DNA from: Rhodoblastus sp.
GTDB taxonomy: Bacteria; Pseudomonadota; Alphaproteobacteria; Rhizobiales; Beijerinckiaceae
Length of the DNA: 64,000 nucleotides
Direction of reading: 5' to 3'
Assembly (NCBI GenBank): GCA_047605445.1
Contig: JASGFP010000002.1
Span: forward strand, 25,483 to 89,482
Of the stretch, positions 60,943 through 64,000 are shown piece after piece. Position numbers and translations under genes: made by a program. The notes beneath the pieces are model-generated. The model made no database searches. It saw only the letters and a list, made by a program, of their open reading frames with translations, and was not told where the DNA came from. Within the stretch, counting starts at the first letter, position 1; each line of letters starts with the position of its first letter.

Positions 60943-62232
60943 TTGGAAGTTCGCGCCGCGCTCTACGACGTGACCCGGCTTTCGGGCCGCCTTTTTAGCC
61001 CGACGCCCGGCGGAATCGACAGGATGGACTTCGCGTATGCGAAACATTTTCTCTCGAAACCCGGCGCGGCGGCTGTCGGCATCTCCCTGCGCGGCCCGGC
61101 TCTGTTCGATTCACGGGTATCGGACGCCATCCTCGCCAAGATGCGTTCGCAATGGGCGCCGCCGGAAGGTCCGAACGCCGCTGGCGCGGGACGGTTCGAG
61201 ACGCTCCGCAAGATCGAGACCTGGCTGATGGAGGGGGCCCCCCGGAACCGCCAATCGAAGATTCAGCGCATTTCGGCCCACCGGCCGAAGGGAAACCTGC
61301 AGGGGGCGCTGTCGGCCTACGCCGGCCTTGCGTTGCAGGGGCGGTCGTTGATCCGGAGGGCGCCCGAAAATTCGGTCTATCTCAATGTGAGCCAGTTCCC
61401 GCTCTGGAGCGGCGCCTACACCGGCTGGCTCGACGCGCGCCCGGATGTCCGGTGCGTCACGATGATTCACGACGTCCTGCCTTTGCAATATCCCGAGTTC
61501 TTTCCCGAGCACGAGAAGGAGCGGCATGAGAAGCGCCTTTCCCTCCTCGCGCGCCGGGGCAGCGGCGTGATCGTCTCGACTGCGGCTGTCCGGGAGGAAC
61601 TCGCGGCCCGGCTCGCCGCGCTCGGGCGGCGCGACATGCCGATACAGGTCGCTCATTTGCCGATCGACGAGGCTTTTGCGGCGGCGATCGAGCCCGGGGG
61701 CGCCATTGCCGGCAACATTCCTTATTTCGTGGCGTGCGGGACGATAGAGCCGCGCAAGAACCACCTTATGCTGCTGCAATTGTGGCGGGAAATGATCGCC
61801 GATGACGCTGACGCCGCGCCCCGGCTGATCATCGTCGGCAAGCGCGGCTGGGACAACGAAACCGTCTTTCGCATCCTCGATCGGTCGGTCGCGCTGTCGG
61901 GCCACGTGCTCGAGGTCAACGGCCTGTCGACTCTGGAGTTGCGCTGCCTTCTCGCCGGGGCGCGCGCGCTGCTGGCGCCTTCGCTGGCGGAGGGCTTCGG
62001 GCTGCCGATTTCTGAGGCGCGCGCCGCCGGCGCGCCGGTGATCGCCTCCGACATCCCCGTCTTCCGAGAGATAGGGGGAACGGACACCATCTACCGGCAT
62101 CCGCTCGACCTGCCGGACTGGAGGCAGGCGGTTGAACAGGCCACGCGCACGCGCGCCCCGATGCCCGTCTCCAGCGGAATCGACCAAGCGGCCTATTTCA
62201 AAACCGTTGAAGCGTTCGTCATGTCGCTCTAG
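60943..62232 (+). CDS. family 4 (GT-B) glycosyltransferase
   Basis: YDVTRL...GGIDRMDFAYA at the N-terminus, and EPRKNHLMLL...PSLAEGFGLPISEARAAGAPVIASD (the EX7E region). A TTG start at 60943 is implied by N-terminal conservation. Confidence 0.75.
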   Translation: MEVRAALYDVTRLSGRLFSPTPGGIDRMDFAYAKHFLSKPGAAAVGISLRGPALFDSRVSDAILAKMRSQWAPPEGPNAAGAGRFETLRKIETWLMEGAPRNRQSKIQRISAHRPKGNLQGALSAYAGLALQGRSLIRRAPENSVYLNVSQFPLWSGAYTGWLDARPDVRCVTMIHDVLPLQYPEFFPEHEKERHEKRLSLLARRGSGVIVSTAAVREELAARLAALGRRDMPIQVAHLPIDEAFAAAIEPGGAIAGNIPYFVACGTIEPRKNHLMLLQLWREMIADDADAAPRLIIVGKRGWDNETVFRILDRSVALSGHVLEVNGLSTLELRCLLAGARALLAPSLAEGFGLPISEARAAGAPVIASDIPVFREIGGTDTIYRHPLDLPDWRQAVEQATRTRAPMPVSSGIDQAAYFKTVEAFVMSL

Positions 62233-62414
62233 CTGAGAGCAAAGCGTTGTAATGGCAAAGATCAAGTAACCATTTTGCAACATCACCCGGCGAAGTGAGC
62301 CTTCCAGGGGGGCAATCCATTTTTTTGGCGCTTTTCTGCCGCAAATCAGGAACTAGTTTACTCGTCTGGAATTAGGCACAACGCAGTTCCCCCATGAGCG
62401 AAAAGGTTCCCGGT

Positions 62415-63113
62415 ATGAAAAAGCTTCTTCTGGCCGCAACTTGCTTCAGCACCGTCCTTTCGGGCGCTGCTCTGGCGGCCGATCTTCCGTCGCGCAAGGC
62501 GCCTCCGGCCGTTTACGCGCCCGTTCCGGTGTTCAGCTGGACCGGCTTCTATGTCGGCGCGAACGTCGGCTACGGCTGGATGGACGCGTTCAACAAGGGC
62601 GTCGTCTTCGCGCCGTTCGGCCTCGCGGATCCGCATGGCGGCATCGTCGGCGGCGCCCAGATCGGCTACAACTGGCAGGTTTCGCCGATGTTCGTGGTCG
62701 GCGTCGAGACCGACTTCCAGGGCTCGAGCGTCGGCGGCGGCATCACCGCCCGCAAGACCCCCTGGTTCGGCACCGTGCGCGGTCGCCTCGGCGTGACGCC
62801 GTTCGGCGCGCCCGTCATGCTGTATGCCACGGGCGGCTTCGCCTATGGCCGCCTCAACATCGGCCCGAACTTCCCCACGGGCGTGAGCGTCGGCAAGGTC
62901 GCGACGGGCTGGACGGCCGGCGCGGGCGTGGAATACGCCTTCACCCCGAACTGGTCGGTCAAGGGCGAGTACCTGTTCACCAACATCGGCGCGAACTATC
63001 CGCTCGGCGTGTTCGGTTCGGACATCACGCAGCGCGTGCACGACCACACCGTGCGCGTCGGCCTGAACTATCGCTTCGGTTGGGGCGGTGGCCCGGTCGT
63101 CGCCAAGTACTGA
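62415..63113 (+). CDS. outer-membrane beta-barrel protein (Omp25/Omp31/RopB family)
   Basis: Signal peptide MKKLLLAATCFSTVLSGAALA. Mature N-terminus ADLPSRKAPP...FSWTGFYVGANVGYGW, and a C-terminal VRVGLNYRF beta-signal. Confidence 0.88.
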   Translation: MKKLLLAATCFSTVLSGAALAADLPSRKAPPAVYAPVPVFSWTGFYVGANVGYGWMDAFNKGVVFAPFGLADPHGGIVGGAQIGYNWQVSPMFVVGVETDFQGSSVGGGITARKTPWFGTVRGRLGVTPFGAPVMLYATGGFAYGRLNIGPNFPTGVSVGKVATGWTAGAGVEYAFTPNWSVKGEYLFTNIGANYPLGVFGSDITQRVHDHTVRVGLNYRFGWGGGPVVAKY

Positions 63114-63134
63114 GCTGTCTCAGCACAGCAATGG

Positions 63135-63165
63135 AAAGGGCCCGCTTGTCGGGCCCTTTTTCTTT
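63135..63165. terminator. bidirectional rho-independent terminator
   Basis: GGGCCCG-CTTGT-CGGGCCC stem-loop flanked by AAA on the left and TTTTTCTTT on the right. It sits between the convergent porin and transketolase genes. Confidence 0.8.
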
Positions 63166-63169
63166 GTGG

Positions 63170-64000
63170 CTACAGCCAACCCTTGATCGCGCCGGCCATG
63201 CAAGCCGACGAAAGCCCGTAGCGGTCGTGCAGGGTCGGCAAGGCGCCGGCGTCGAGGAAGGCGTCGGGCAGCGCGATCTGCCTGAAGGCGGCGGGATGAA
63301 CGCCGCCCCGCAGCAACGCGCCCGCCACGGCCTCGCCGAGGCCGCCGATGAGCGTGTGGTTCTCGGCGACGATGACCGGGCGCCCGGTCCTTGCCGCCGC
63401 CTTCAGGATCGTCGCCTCGTCCAGCGGCTTGATCGTGGGAACATGCAGCACGGCGACGGACAGCTTGTCTTTTTCCAGAAGCGCCGCCGCCTCCAGCGCG
63501 CGCATGGTCATCAGGCCAGTCGAAACGACCAGCGCATCTGCGCCCTCGCGAATCGTCTTGGCTTTGCCGAGTTCGAACGTGTAGCCATATTCGTTCAGCA
63601 CGAGCGGTACGTTCCCGCGCAGCAACCGCATGTAAACCGGCCCCTTGTGAGCCGCGATGGCCGGCACGGCCTGTTCGATCTCATGCGCATCGCAAGGGTC
63701 GATCACGGTGAGGTTCGGCATCCCGCGGAAAATCGCGAGATCTTCCGTCGCCTGATGGCTGGGCCCATAACCGGTGGTCAGACCGGGCAGCGCGCAGCAG
63801 ATTTTCACGTCGAGATTTTCTTCCGCGATCGCCAGGCAGATGAAATCGTAGGCGCGGCGCGAGGCGAAGACGGCGTAGGTCGTCGCCCAGGCCTGGAACC
63901 CTTCGCGCGCAAACCCGGCCGAAGCCATCATCAGCAACTGCTCGGCCATGCCCATCTGGTAGAAGCGGTCGGGATGCTTCTGCGCGAATATGTGCAGGTC
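63170..64000 (-). CDS. transketolase family protein, pyrimidine-binding/C-terminal subunit (5' end outside window)
   Basis: GMAEQLLMMASAGFA, ALPGLTTGYGPSHQATEDLAIFRGMPNLTVIDPCD and VAENHTLIGGLG. The ORF is still open at the window edge. Confidence 0.85.
   Translation of the reverse strand, partial: DLHIFAQKHPDRFYQMGMAEQLLMMASAGFAREGFQAWATTYAVFASRRAYDFICLAIAEENLDVKICCALPGLTTGYGPSHQATEDLAIFRGMPNLTVIDPCDAHEIEQAVPAIAAHKGPVYMRLLRGNVPLVLNEYGYTFELGKAKTIREGADALVVSTGLMTMRALEAAALLEKDKLSVAVLHVPTIKPLDEATILKAAARTGRPVIVAENHTLIGGLGEAVAGALLRGGVHPAAFRQIALPDAFLDAGALPTLHDRYGLSSACMAGAIKGWL

Noticed and set aside
1-64000. A search by eye for mobile elements, integrases, toxin-antitoxin pairs, CRISPR repeats, tRNA/rRNA genes and known phage-defence gene signatures.
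   Set aside because: I could recognise no transposase or integrase motifs, direct-repeat arrays, tRNA cloverleaf candidates or rRNA-like segments. The STAND ATPase at 17578-20598 is fused to a cyclase and TPR repeats in a regulator-like architecture rather than to a nuclease or other effector, so I do not call it a defence system.

Overview
High-GC, strongly GC3-biased chromosomal segment that looks alphaproteobacterial, probably Hyphomicrobiales/Rhizobiales-like. The taxonomic hints are an Omp25/31-type porin, a DUF2849-cysI-DUF934-cysH-cysDN operon and REP-like GTCATCCCGG palindromes. I call about 57 protein-coding genes. I saw no rRNA, tRNA, CRISPR array, transposase or integrase. Layout: 1-5.2 kb holds sugar-acid/aldehyde catabolic genes. 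5.4-12.0 kb holds the assimilatory sulfate-reduction operon. 12.1-20.6 kb is the stand-out locus: a Crp-family regulator, a CRP-type GTGA-N6-TCAC palindrome, a 1541-aa four-module fusion protein (unknown N-module + DyP heme peroxidase + P450-like module + SGNH hydrolase) and a convergent class III nucleotide cyclase-STAND ATPase-TPR protein. 20.9-27.2 kb holds a hot-dog hydratase, a thioesterase, a second IlvD/Edd dehydratase and DapA-like/RraA-like genes. 29.1-33.0 kb is a minus-strand string: NUDIX, Tat-signal FAH, mini-lipoprotein, metallophosphoesterase-radical-SAM fusion. 33.6-36.7 kb is glpD-glpK. 37.6-41.9 kb is miscellaneous (Gly/Tyr/His-rich secreted protein, yfcG-like GST, rhlE, pyrE). 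41.9-62.2 kb is a mosaic surface-glycan locus (rfbBCDA, UDP-GlcA 4-epimerase, several glycosyltransferases, an acetyltransferase, a decayed rfbG-like gene) that unusually contains sqdB (UDP-sulfoquinovose synthase). 62.4-64.0 kb holds a porin and a transketolase subunit. All functional calls rest on by-eye motif recognition in the supplied translations; no database search was run.
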